This document shows, piece after piece, positions 1 to 11,492 of a DNA stretch of 64,000 bases (position 1 is the stretch's first letter; every line of letters begins with the position of its first letter). The notes below the pieces were generated by a model that was not told the origin of the DNA, made no database searches, and was given only the letters and a program-made list of their open reading frames with translations. This DNA is from Chrysomallon squamiferum (lineage: Eukaryota > Animalia > Mollusca). The DNA is taken from positions 13,144,001 through 13,208,000 of the forward strand of contig CM022670.1 in NCBI GenBank assembly GCA_012295275.1, in the 5' to 3' direction. The translations under genes were made by a program, and so were the position numbers.

Positions 1-420
1 AAAGCTGCCCTTTGAAATCTTGTTTGTGAGAACATTCTATGTATGCATTCTTTTCTAGGGTGTGACACAACATCTCGTGATTTTGGTTTGGGCAAGGGAA
101 TTACTTTAAAATATTTGAGAACAAACGAATTCTACCGTGAGCTTCAGTTTTCCACAGCAGCCAATCAAGTGTCAGGAAATAGTCAGAGCTGGAGACAATG
201 CACTGCTTTATTTGTTCAGTGGTAAACCAGGAGAACAACTGATCACTTTGAGGTTGAAACAGATTTGTCAGAACATCTTTTGTTCGGCCTCAGTCATGTT
301 CTCCCACAACTGTAGCATTATACTATCACAGTCTCGGGGTATATTACAGGCCCAAGCACTGAAAAAGTAATATTTGCTAGCGACAGAGTGAGGTTGGCAA
401 ATTGTCAGTTCAAACTTTAA
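1..420 (+). mobile_element. Degenerate relic of a FEN1/XPG(H3TH)-like nuclease element, copy 1
   Basis: Translates as KAAL*NLVCENILCMHSFLGCDTTSRDFGLGKG and, in another frame, SPTTVALYYHSLGVYY. These resemble the HAxxGCDTTSxxxGxGK and LPPTxxAxxxHxxRxxxQ motifs of a widespread invertebrate repeat-encoded protein. Contains stops and frameshifts. Confidence 0.6.
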
Positions 421-1473
421 ATTTATGCGAATTTCCCAAATTGGATATCGGCGCATTTTGGATATATCATTATATTCATCTTACAAAGTAGAATATAACA
501 GAAAAAATAAAAATCTATTGCAATTTGCGGTGGGTCATGCATTATGTTTACTATATGAGCAATATAAACTTTAATCCATGGAATGTGAACCTTCAAAATC
601 AGCTTTAAGAATTTGAATTGGAAAGAAAAGCATAAAGCCTGTGTTTTTTAGAAGTGACTGTGTTATGGGATTTTGTGTAGCTGGGTTTTTGGGGGCAGTT
701 TGTAAAGAAAATATTTGTGTACCTTTTTTGTACAGTTCGCTTGTTTGTCATTAATATACAGTGAATTATTTTGTTATATGTCCATTCATATAAAAATCAT
801 ATGTACATCTCTGGAGAGCTGTTTCTACAGTACACTTTCTAATTACTGGTGTATATAACTCGGTAATGAAATGACTTCATTAAACAACAGAAGTATATAT
901 CAGTATTGCTCTTTTTCTCCAACACTGAATTACCATAGCACACTCGACATTTTAAACTTTATCCAGAATTTAAAGTATACCTTTAATATTTATTACGTGT
1001 TGTTGCTGTTCCTGTTGCTGTTGCTGTTGTTGTTGTTGTTGTTATTATTATTATTATTAATATGTAATATTTGTTTCAAAATAGAGATTCGGGTAAAACA
1101 CTTAAATAACTCGTTGAAACTAATCATATATACAGTCTAGCATGGAAAATGTCCTCCAGTGATCCTCACGAGTTTTTGATTTTATAAATATCTAAAAAAA
1201 TAAATTATGCTTAAAAATTAATCTTATCAGCGGGAAATGTGCGCTCCTATATTCGTTGCGTACACTGATTACAGCATTAGACTTGTGTGATATGGAATAT
1301 AATAAAATAATAAAATTCGTTTAGAACAAAATGAAACACGAATATTATTCAGGAAGACGAAGACAATTTATTTAAATGCAGTGATATCAGCAAATACATT
1401 TTTACACATTAGAAATACTTCAACTGCAAATTTCTAAGAATAGAAATTTCTTAACACTGCGTCCTCAAGATTT

Positions 1474-1714
1474 CTAATCGTCACACATGTTAGGGCAGTG
1501 CATGCAACACACTGGCAGATTGGCGAAGCGGAGACACATCTGAAATTCACGACGGAGACACCGACGGTAACCACCGCTGAAACTACCACCACTGAAACTG
1601 CCACCGCTAAAACTGCCACCGCTGAAACTTCTTCCACCAAGACTGCCAAAACTTCCTCCGCTAAAACTACCTCCACTAGAACGCAAATTCTTTTCAGCTT
1701 CACCTGTTAATTAA

Positions 1715-1784
<70 letters not shown>

Positions 1785-1926
1785 TTTCGAAGAACAACTA
1801 TTTTAAATGTAATACATATTACTTTTCAAAATAAATAAATAAATAAATAAATCAGTTACCAAATACGGTTGTCGGTCCAACAGTAAGGAGCAGGGCGACC
1901 GCTAAAAATAGAATCATCTTGTTCAT
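1474..1926 (-). CDS. Secreted Gly/Ser/Phe-repeat, six-cysteine peptide, copy 1 (98 aa; exons 1926-1860 and 1703-1474)
   Basis: Exon 1 is MNKMILFLAVALLLTVGPTTVF-G (signal peptide), followed by a phase-1 GT-AG intron. Exon 2 is EAEKNLRSSGGSFSGGSFGSLGGRSFSGGSFSGGSFSGGSFSGGYRRCLRREFQMCLRFANLPVCCMHCPNMCDD*. TATA at 2011-2019 and AATAAA at 1367-1372 on the minus strand. Confidence 0.9.
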
Positions 1927-2010
1927 GTTGTCAGGTTTAGAACGTAAGTCAGCTGTAACTATTGGAAATGCTGGAAAGTTTCTGTGCTGCTATGAAGTTT
2001 TTTCTTTCTC

Positions 2011-2019
2011 TTTTATATA
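2011..2019 (-). promoter_or_regulatory. TATA box of peptide gene copy 1
   Basis: TATATAAAA on the minus strand about 85 nt upstream of the ATG, conserved in all three copies. Confidence 0.7.
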
Positions 2020-3569
2020 CATTTATTTGCAAGATTTCTATCAAACCTTTCACAGCTCAAACTGTTTTATTTTAACTCATACTGATAACTGCCCATTTTA
2101 TTTTCAAGATTTCTTAATTATTCTGAAGATCTGAGCTGATATGTATTAAATTAATAACACTATCGCTGTCAACTGCTGTGTATTAATGAAAGCAAGACAC
2201 ACAATTGTCAGTTACCACAGAGTTAGAACAATATATCATTATAAAACACTCATTGGCTGTACTAGAAAAATATTAGCCCGTTAATATAAAAAATATATTT
2301 AGTTTAATTATTTTTATGTTTTAATTTGCTCGATTCAGAAAAATCTGTTTTCTTGTGTGACCACTGAATATTGGTGAGAGAGCAATAATATACACTAGGA
2401 AATAAAAACCACTGATACAGGCTAATAATATATTTAAATAGCAAATAATATTTGTCTATGTGTGTATGTCCGTATTGGTGTTTTCAACATACGTATATGC
2501 TGCACATTTTATAAATAAAATTTGTAAAACAGTAGAAAATACACTTAAAATGTATTTAAAATTATTATTTACAATACTTAATCGTGTTACATATTTTTCA
2601 AAACACAATATAGTGTGTGTGTGATGTAAATATTTTGGAAAGAATGCACAAATATTGGCGAGGATTGAAAAAAGAAAAATCCTCTATATGATCAAATATT
2701 TAAAGAATTTTAAAATGTTTATAAGTGTAGAAAATGTCGATTGAAACAGAAAGTGACTGAAAATATATTAAATAAATTTTGATGTACTTAAATATATGTG
2801 TCTGTGATTTATTCTAAATTTGAACTGGTGTCTTGATAATTGTATTTTATGATTATTATTTTAATTATGATCATTTTAATCAACTCTCTCTGTCTCTCTC
2901 TCTCTCTGTCAAATAAAATGTATGTGATTATTACTATTATTATTATTATTATTATAGTAACATATTGTTTTTTGATGTTTTTTTTTAAATAGCTAAATAT
3001 TTAGTTATTCTCTCTGAGGGAGGGCAAGAATGATCATGCAAACATCTTGTTTCTAGGTTGTTGATACAGCCGTACCAGTGTCGTTACTAAATTACAAAAG
3101 TAAATTCTTCCAGTGAAAATAAATTTCCTATCTAAAAAACTGAACCTATTTCAGAACTGTTTGCCTCGTGACATTATAATTGCTTCTTTTTTTTCTTCAA
3201 AGTATTGTGTTTGTTTTAGAGTTGTATATTGAGTCCTACTTCTGTTGATAAAAATGGATATAAATATTTAAAGCAATCGACATTTCACATTTGTTTTATT
3301 TTAGTTTATTATTTCAGACAAGTTCATTACAATACAGACAAATGATCTTCCACCTGGTCGGCAAAACGCATTCAAATCTTGTAGCAGTACAGAAGGCAAT
3401 AAACGTTATAAATGTTTATAGGTTCATTATTTAACTCATTCTCATAGTACAGAATTTTCTAGGAGGTACTGGTCTTCAGGAATCAATTCACTTGATATAT
3501 GCTTGTAGAAACGTTTTGTACGATACTTTCTTTAATCGAGAAGGAAAACAGTTGTAAGAAAATACCGAA

Positions 3570-4010
3570 ATGTTGTAATATAAAACTGATTAAAGCTGCC
3601 CTTTGAAATCTTGTTTGTGAGAACATTCTATGTATGCATTCTTTTCTAGGGTGTGACACAACATCTCGTGATTTTGGTTTGGGCAAGGGAATTACTTTAA
3701 AATATTTGAGAACAAACGAATTCTACCGTGAGCTTCAGTTTTCCACAGCAGCCAATCAAGTGTCAGGAAATAGTCAGAGCTGGAGACAATGCACTGCTTT
3801 ATTTGTTCAGTGGTAAACCAGGAGAACAACTGATCACTTTGAGGTTGAAACAGATTTGTCAGAACATCTTTTGTTCGGCCTCAGTCATGTTCTCCCACAA
3901 CTGTAGCATTATACTATCACAGTCTCGGGGTATATTACAGGCCCAAGCACTGAAAAAGTAATATTTGCTAGCGACAGAGTGAGGTTGGCAAATTGTCAGT
4001 TCAAACTTTA
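3570..4010 (+). mobile_element. FEN1/XPG-like element relic, copy 2
   Basis: Near-identical to 1-420 (HSFLGCDTTSRDFGLGKG). Confidence 0.6.
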
Positions 4011-4615
4011 AATTTATGCGAGTTCCCCAAATTGGATATCGGCGCATTTTGGATATATTATTATATTCATCTTACAAAGTAGAATATAACAGAAAAAATA
4101 AAAATCTATTGCAATTTGCGGTGGGTCATGCATTATGTTTACTATATGAGCAATATAAACTTTAATCCATGGAATGTGAACCTTCAAAATCAGCTTTAAG
4201 AATTTGAATTGGAAAGAAAAGCATAAAGCCTGTGTTTTTTAGAAGTGACTGTGTTATGGGATTTTGTGTAGCTGGGTTTTTGGGGGCAGTTTGTAAAGAA
4301 AATATTTGTGTACCTTTTTTGTACAGTTCGCTTGTTTGTCATTAATATACAGTGAATTATTTTGTTATATGTCCATTCATATAAAAATCATATGTACATC
4401 TCTGGAGAGCTGTTTCTACAGTACATTTTCTAATTACTGGTGTATATAACTCGGTAATGAAATGACTTCATTAAACAACAGAAGTATATATCAGTATCGC
4501 TCTTTTTCTCCAACACTGAATTACCATAGCACACTCGACATTTTAAACTTTATCCAGAATTTAAAGTATACCTTTAATATTTATTACGTGTTGTTGCTGT
4601 TCCTGTTGCTGTTGC

Positions 4616-4649
<34 letters not shown>

Positions 4650-5076
4650 ATTATTATTATTAATATGTAATATTTGTTTCAAAATAGAGATTCGGGTAAA
4701 AGACTTAAATAACTCGTTGAAACTAATCATATATACAGTCTAGCATGGAAAATGTCCTCCAGTGATCCTCACGAGTTTTTGATTTTATAAATATCTAAAA
4801 AAATAAATTATGCTTAAAAATTAATCTTATCAGCGGGAAATTTGCGCTCCTATATTCGTTGCGTACACTGATTACAGCATTAGACTTGTGTGATATGGAA
4901 TATAATAAAATAATAAAATTCGTTTAGAACAAAATGAAACACGAATATTATTCAGGAAGACGAAGACAATTTATTTAAATGCAGTCATATCACCAAATAC
5001 ATTTTTACACATTAGAAATACTTCAACTGCAAATTTCTAAAGGTAGAAATTTCTTAACACTGCGTCCTCAAGATTT

Positions 5077-5481
5077 CTAATCGTCACATATGTTAGGGCA
5101 GTGCATGCAACACACTGGCAGATTGGCGAAGCGGAGACACATCTGAAATTCACGACGGAGACACCGACCGTAACCACTTCCACCGCTGAAACTACCACCA
5201 CTGAAACTGCCACCGCTAAAACTGCCACCACTGAAACTTCTTCCACCAAGACTGCCAAAACTTCCTCCACTAAAACTACCTCCACTAGAACGCAAATCCT
5301 TTTCAGCTTCACCTGTTAATTAAATTATTATTATTATTATTACTTCGAAAAATAACTATTTTAACTGTAATACATATTACTTTTCAAAATAAATAAATAA
5401 ACAAATCAATTTACCAAATACGGTTGTCGGTCCAACAGTAAGGAGCAGGGCGACCGCTAGAAATAGAATCATCTTGTTCAT
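5077..5481 (-). CDS. Secreted Gly/Ser/Phe-repeat, six-cysteine peptide, copy 2 (100 aa; exons 5481-5415 and 5312-5077)
   Basis: Same signal exon and splice sites as copy 1. Exon 2 is EAEKDLRSSGG...GGSGYGRCLRREFQMCLRFANLPVCCMHCPNICDD*. AATAAA at 4970-4975 (minus). Confidence 0.9.
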
Positions 5482-5565
5482 GTTGTCAGGTTCAGAACGT
5501 AAGTCAGTTGTAACTATTGGAAATGCTGGAAAGTTTCTGTGCTGCTATGAAGTTTTTTCTTTCTC

Positions 5566-5574
5566 TTTTATATA
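5566..5574 (-). promoter_or_regulatory. TATA box of peptide gene copy 2
   Basis: TATATAAAA at the position equivalent to copy 1. Confidence 0.7.
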
Positions 5575-6879
5575 CGATTATTTGCAAGATTTCTATCAAA
5601 CCTTTCACAGCTCAAACTGTTTTATTTTAACTCATACTGATAACTGCCCATTTTATTTTCAAGATTTCTTAATTATTCTGAAGATCTGAGCTGATATGTA
5701 TTAAATTAATAACACTATAGTTGTCAACTGCTGTGTATTAATGAAAGCAAGACACACAATTGTCAGTTACCACAGAGTTAGAACAATACATCATTATAAA
5801 ATACTAGAAAAATATTGACCCGTTAATATAAAAATTATTTTTAGTTTAATTATTTTTATTTGTTTTAATTTACTCGATTCAGAAAAACCTGCTTTGTTGT
5901 GTGACCTCTGAACATTGGTGAGACGGCAATAATATACACTAGGAAATAAAAACCACTGTTAAAGATTAATAATTTTTTTAAATGGCAAATAATATTTGTC
6001 TGTGTGTGTATGTCCGTATTAGTGTTTTCAACATACGAATATGCTGCACAATATTATAAATAAAAGTCTGTAAAAGAGTAGAAAATACACTTAAAATGTA
6101 TTTATAATTATTGTTTACAACACTGAGATTAAAATAATATTTTAAAATAAATATTATAACATACTCCAACTGTTTATTTGAAAGTGTTTTTCTTCCCAAA
6201 GATAACATAAAATATTAATTCATTTCATTCAACGCCCTTATTAAAAGAATATAAATATATAGATAAAACGGAAATAAAAAGATTAAAGACAAATTATATA
6301 CAGATTTTATCAGAAGCAGTTAATTTATACTGACTCTACAGTTATAAATATAAATAAATAGAAAAACTAATGAAAATGACCTGCTGAATTTACTATCTTT
6401 CTATATTTCTAATTATATTTTTTGTTTTGCTTATAATTTCGGAGTTCATCTTTTAGAAAAAAAAAAAAAAAAAAAAAATGTTAATATCTTCGCATGGATA
6501 CATAAATACCGATACAGTTTCTGTTATATATAAAGATAAAGAGTCTAACCTGATATTCCTCTAATAATATGTGTAGAAATGTTGTTTTTTGTTTGTTTGT
6601 TGTTTTTGTTGTTTTTTTGTTTGTTTTTTGTTGTTGTTGTTTTTTTGTTGTATTTGAGTATGTTTTCCTGAATGATTTGAATCCATATTATTAACATGGA
6701 TTATAATATGTGGATGTGGATGTGGATAATGAAAATAAAATATTTAGTGTTCTCTCTCAGGGAGGGCAATACGTCAGAAGGATGATTATGCAACATGACT
6801 AAATTACCACAGTAAAGTCTTTGAGAATAAATAAATTTCCCATCTAGAAGACTGAACCTATTTGAAAAGTATAGTGTAA

Positions 6880-7600
6880 TATAAAACTGATTAAGGTTGC
6901 CCTTTGAAATCTTGTTTGTGAAAACATTCTATGTATGCATCCTTTTCTTGGGTGTGACACAACATCTTGGGTTATTATTATGATTATTATTTGTTGTTGT
7001 TTTTTCTTCTTGTTTTTTTTTGTTGTTTTTTTGTTGTTGCTGTTGTTTTTTTTTTTTTTTTTTTTTTTTTGCTTTGGGCAAAGGAATTTCAGATCAAACG
7101 AATTCTACCGTGAGCTTCAGTTTTCCACAGCAGCCAATGAAGTGTCCAGGAAATAGTCACAGCTGGAGACATTGCACTGCTTTATATGTTCAGTGGTAAA
7201 CCAGGAGAACAACTGATCACTTTGAGGTTGAAACATATTTGTCAGAACATCTTTTTTTCAGCCTCAGTCATGTTCTCCTACAACTGTAGCATTATATTTT
7301 CATAGTCTTAAGATATGTTACAGATCCAAGAAATGGAAAGAGAGATATTTGCTAGCGACAAATAGGGTTTGGCAAATTGTCAGTTCAAATTTGTACCCAC
7401 CAACGACAGAATAAGACGTAGCCACAGAAGAATTTTTGGAAATCATTAGAGGCAACTGAAAATTAGGTTGCACGTCAGTGAGATGTACGTGCCTGGCATT
7501 TTTCTACTGCATGTGGGCAATGTTATGATATATGTGCAAACACGTCCTTAGCTGATGAAGCAACAGATGGCGTGTTTGTTGATAATATGCAAATCAATGC
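6880..7600 (+). mobile_element. FEN1/XPG-like element relic, copy 3, retaining a CXC-like cysteine-rich tail
   Basis: HPFLGCDTTS is interrupted by a T-rich low-complexity insert. Downstream, VATEEFLEIIRGN*KLGCTSVRCTC and (frameshifted) STACGQCYDICAN occur at about 7418-7540. Confidence 0.65.
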
Positions 7601-8887
7601 AGATGACTGAGATAACTTCTTATGTACAGAAAATAAACTATTGGAATAAGTTCACCATCGTCGAAAATGATAAATCAGTTATTCATTGGAGTAAGAAGTA
7701 GACATTAACAACGAATACACATCTAATTAGGTATTTTATTTAGTTACGGCGGCTTCTTTAAATTTATGCAAATTCCCCATGTTGGATATCGGTGCATTTT
7801 AGATATATTATTATATTCATCATACAGAGTGGAATATAACAGAAAAAAAAAATTCTATTGCAATTTGCGGTGAGTCATATTATGTTGACTATATGACCAA
7901 TATAAAGTTTAATCTAGGCAATGTGAAACCTTCAAAATTAGAAATAAGAAGTTGCAGTGGAAAGAGAAGGATAAGGATTGTGTTGTTTTTTTTAGAAGTT
8001 TCTGCATTTTGGGATTTTGTGTAGCTGGGTTTCTTTTAGGGAGTTTGTAAAGAAAATGTTTATGTACCTTTTTTCTACAGTTCGATACACAGTAAAGTAT
8101 TTAGTTGTATACCCTTTCTTGTTGGTATCATATTTACATCTCTGGAGAGTTGTTTCTGCAGTACATATTCTAACTGCTGAAGTATATAACTTGGAGATGA
8201 ACTGACTTCATTAAAGAACAGAAGTGTATATCAGTATCACTCTTTTTCTCCAACCATCCACATTTTAAGTATTCAAGAGTTACACCTTTAATATTTATTA
8301 TTGCTGTTACTGCTGTTGTTGTTGTTATTAATTTGTAATTGATTTTTATTAATATTTTGTTGTTGTTGTTTGTTTGCTTGTTTTGTTTGTTGTTTTCTTT
8401 TGTTGTTTTTTTTGTTTTTTGTTTTTTGTTGTTCAAAAACAGAGGTATTGAAAAAATATAATCATAAAAACCTTAAATAAATTGTTGCAAATTAGTCATA
8501 TACATTCTAGCATGGATTTTTGAATGGCTGTATTAAAAAAGCAAGTCCTCACGAGTTTTTCATTTTATCATTACCAAAAAAAAAAAAAAAAAAAAAAAAA
8601 ACAATTAAAAAATTATAATATTAAAATTGCGCTTTATTATTTGTAAATATAATTTCGAAGCATACATACGTTGCTTACACTGATTATAGCATTAGACTTG
8701 TGTGATATAGAATATAATAAAAGAATAAAATTCGTTTAGAACAAAAAGAAAAAGGAATATTTTCAGGAAGAGGAAGACAATTTATTTAAATGCAGTCATA
8801 TCAACAAATACATTTTTACACATTAGAAATACTTCAGCTGCAAATTTCTAAAGATAGAAATGTCTTAACACAGCGTCCTCAAGATTT

Positions 8888-9141
8888 CTAATCGTCACAC
8901 ATGTTAGGGCAGACCCCGCAACACACTGGCAGATTGGCGAAGCGGAGACACATCTGAAATTCACGACGACGACACCGACCAGAACCACTGCCACCGCTGA
9001 AACTACCACCACTGAAACTGCCACCGCTAAAACTGCCACCGCTGAAACTTCTTCCACCAAGACTGCCAAAACTTCCTCCACTAAAACTACCTCCACTAGA
9101 ACGCAAATCCTTTTCAGCTTTACCTGTTAATTAAATTATTA

Positions 9142-9198
<57 letters not shown>

Positions 9199-9328
9199 TC
9201 GAGGAATAACTTTTAAATGTAATATTACTTATCAAAATAAATAAATGAACAAATCAATTACCAAATACGGTTGTCGGTCCAACAGTAAGGAGCAGGGCGA
9301 CCGCTAGAAATAGAATCATCTTGTTCAT
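8888..9328 (-). CDS. Secreted Gly/Ser/Phe-repeat, six-cysteine peptide, copy 3 (100 aa; exons 9328-9262 and 9123-8888)
   Basis: Same structure as copies 1 and 2. Exon 2 is KAEKDLRSSGG...GGSGSGRCRRREFQMCLRFANLPVCCGVCPNMCDD*. AATAAA at 8781-8786 (minus). Confidence 0.9.
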
Positions 9329-9412
9329 GTTGTCAGGTTTAGAACGTCAGTCAGTTGTAAATAGTAGAAATGCTGTAAAGTTTCTGTGCTGCTATGAAGA
9401 TTTTTCTCTCTC

Positions 9413-9421
9413 TTTTATATA
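9413..9421 (-). promoter_or_regulatory. TATA box of peptide gene copy 3
   Basis: TATATAAAA at the equivalent position. Confidence 0.7.
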
Positions 9422-11492
9422 CGTTTATTTGCAAGATTTCTATCAAACCTTTCACAGCTCAAACTGTTTTATTTTAACTCATGCTGATAATTGTCCATTT
9501 TATTTTCAAGAATTCTTAACTACATTTAAGATGTGAGCTGATACGTATTACAAGTTGCGTCTAGTGCTGCGTATTAATCAAAATAAGTCGCATGTGTCGA
9601 TTCCAGAGTGAACAATATATCATTATAAAATACTCATTGGCTGTACTAGAAAAAAATTTAACCGGTTAATATCAAAATTATGTTTAGTTTAATTATTTTT
9701 ATTTGTTTTAATTTGCTCGATTCAGAAAAATCACTTTTGTGTGACCTCTGAACATTGGCCAGACGTCAATAATATACACGATGAAATACACTTTACATGT
9801 AAATATCAAATATTTGCCTGTATTAGTGTTTTCAACATACGTATGTGCTGTAAGCGCGCACCCGCGTATATTTATGAAAGTGGATTATTCATTTATCAAA
9901 GCGATTTTTTCCCACTCCCCTCGCATTTTGTTTGAGGTATGTTCGTGGCACAGTTTTCACGAATTCATTTAAGTTCTCAAAATGATGAACTTTGAGAAAC
10001 TATGCCCTGCATTTTTCACCCAAAACGTAAAGAAAGAATAAAGTAACGCAAAACGATCAATGGTTTAAAATATTTTATTAAAATTTACATTATTCATGAA
10101 TAAAGTAATAGAGTCTGAAAATAATAATTAACAGCAAATTTCACAAATCATTTTTTATAAATTTGTAAATATCAAACATAATATTGGCGAGACGTCAATA
10201 ACATACACGAGTAAATAAAAGTTTGTAAAACTGCAGTAAATATACTTAAAATTTATTTAAAATTATTTACGTTGAGATTAAATTAATGCTTTAAAATTAA
10301 TATTATAACTAACTCCCACAGCTTATTTGACTGTGTTTTCCTTCCCCAAGATGACAAATATTAATTCACTTCACATCAGTGCCCCATCCAAAACAAAAAC
10401 ATTTTAAGTATTAAAATAATATAGATTTATAAATAAAATGGAAAGAAAAAGTTTAAGGATAAATTATATACAGATTTTATGACAAGCATTTCGTATCTAC
10501 TGAATGTATAGTTATAATACCCATAAAGGCTGTTCTTTGTTAGACAAGGTATTTTCCCCCTTTATGTGAAACTGTGTTTATAATAGTTCATTTAATTTTG
10601 TAGCACAACTTGAAATAAATGGACTGCTGGACTACTTTGAATACTGTACATGTTTGTTTATTACATAAAGTCCCGTACTGTGCATGATGCCACATAATAC
10701 CGATCAAGGTAAAAACACAAGTTATGCTGAAACATACTGGTAATCGACAACAGTAAATGTTACCTAGGCAAGTAATTATTAGTTCATTTAATAACATTTC
10801 ACTTGATTAAGGCTATATTCTAATAGATGCAGTAGATTATGTGGAGAATATTCTCTATGAAGGCTTTCAGTGGAGGTAACGTCTTCGGATATCTCAAGAA
10901 CAAAAATTATACTCATAAGTGTCAGTCTGTCAAAAATATCACAACAAAATGGTGAATGCAGTGTATATCTAGTATAAACACCCCATTCATATATAAGAAA
11001 ATCTTAAGTATATCACACAATTAAATACATAAAGTATAATGTAGCATGTAATGTTGGATAAAAAGTCCTGATTAAGTTACGAATTAATTGATTATATATT
11101 ATATGTGCTAATAAATAAATAAATAAATAAATTTAAAACCTAATGAAAATTACCTGCTGAATTTACTATATTTCTATATTTCTAGTCACATTTTATGTTT
11201 TAACAATTTCATAGCATAACTCCTGTAATATATTTGTAAATACTAAATGCCTTATGGAAACTTGTAACTTCTCAAAGATTTGGTAAACATATTATTAAGC
11301 CTCTTTTAGAGTTTTTTTTTGTTTTTTTTCTGGTGGGGGTAAAGTACATTTAATTATTGGTGTAAGCACCTATGCACGGATACAAAAAATAAACATAACA
11401 TTTCTTATTTGTACAAAAACTGTCAAAGATTCCAGATTAGCTAAAAAGGCACAGTAGATTCACTGCATAAGCTTACAGTTTGTAGCACACTA

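Larger units (their letters stand above)
1..11210. repeat. Tandem segmental duplication, three units (about 1-3591, 3592-~6880, ~6880-11210), each with a transposon relic and a peptide gene
   Basis: Position 1 matches 3592 (offset 3591, also seen in identical ORFs 43/3634 and 137/3728). The third unit is more diverged. The window starts inside a unit, so the array may continue to the left. Confidence 0.95.

Noticed and set aside
871-1140. Poly-Leu membrane-like ORFs (also 4462-4743)
   Set aside because: Translation of (TTG)n/(TTA)n microsatellites.
1434-1703. Val-rich minus-strand ORFs (MKLKRICVLVEVV...) in all three units
   Set aside because: Alternative frame of the same exon. The phase-1 splice from exon 1 selects the Gly/Ser frame.
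1498-1710. Plus-strand Thr/Ala-rich ORF (TTAETTTTETATAK), mucin- or antifreeze-like, and its copy at 5101-5319
   Set aside because: It is the antisense shadow of the GGSFS exon. The minus frame has the signal exon, splice sites, TATA box and poly(A) signal.
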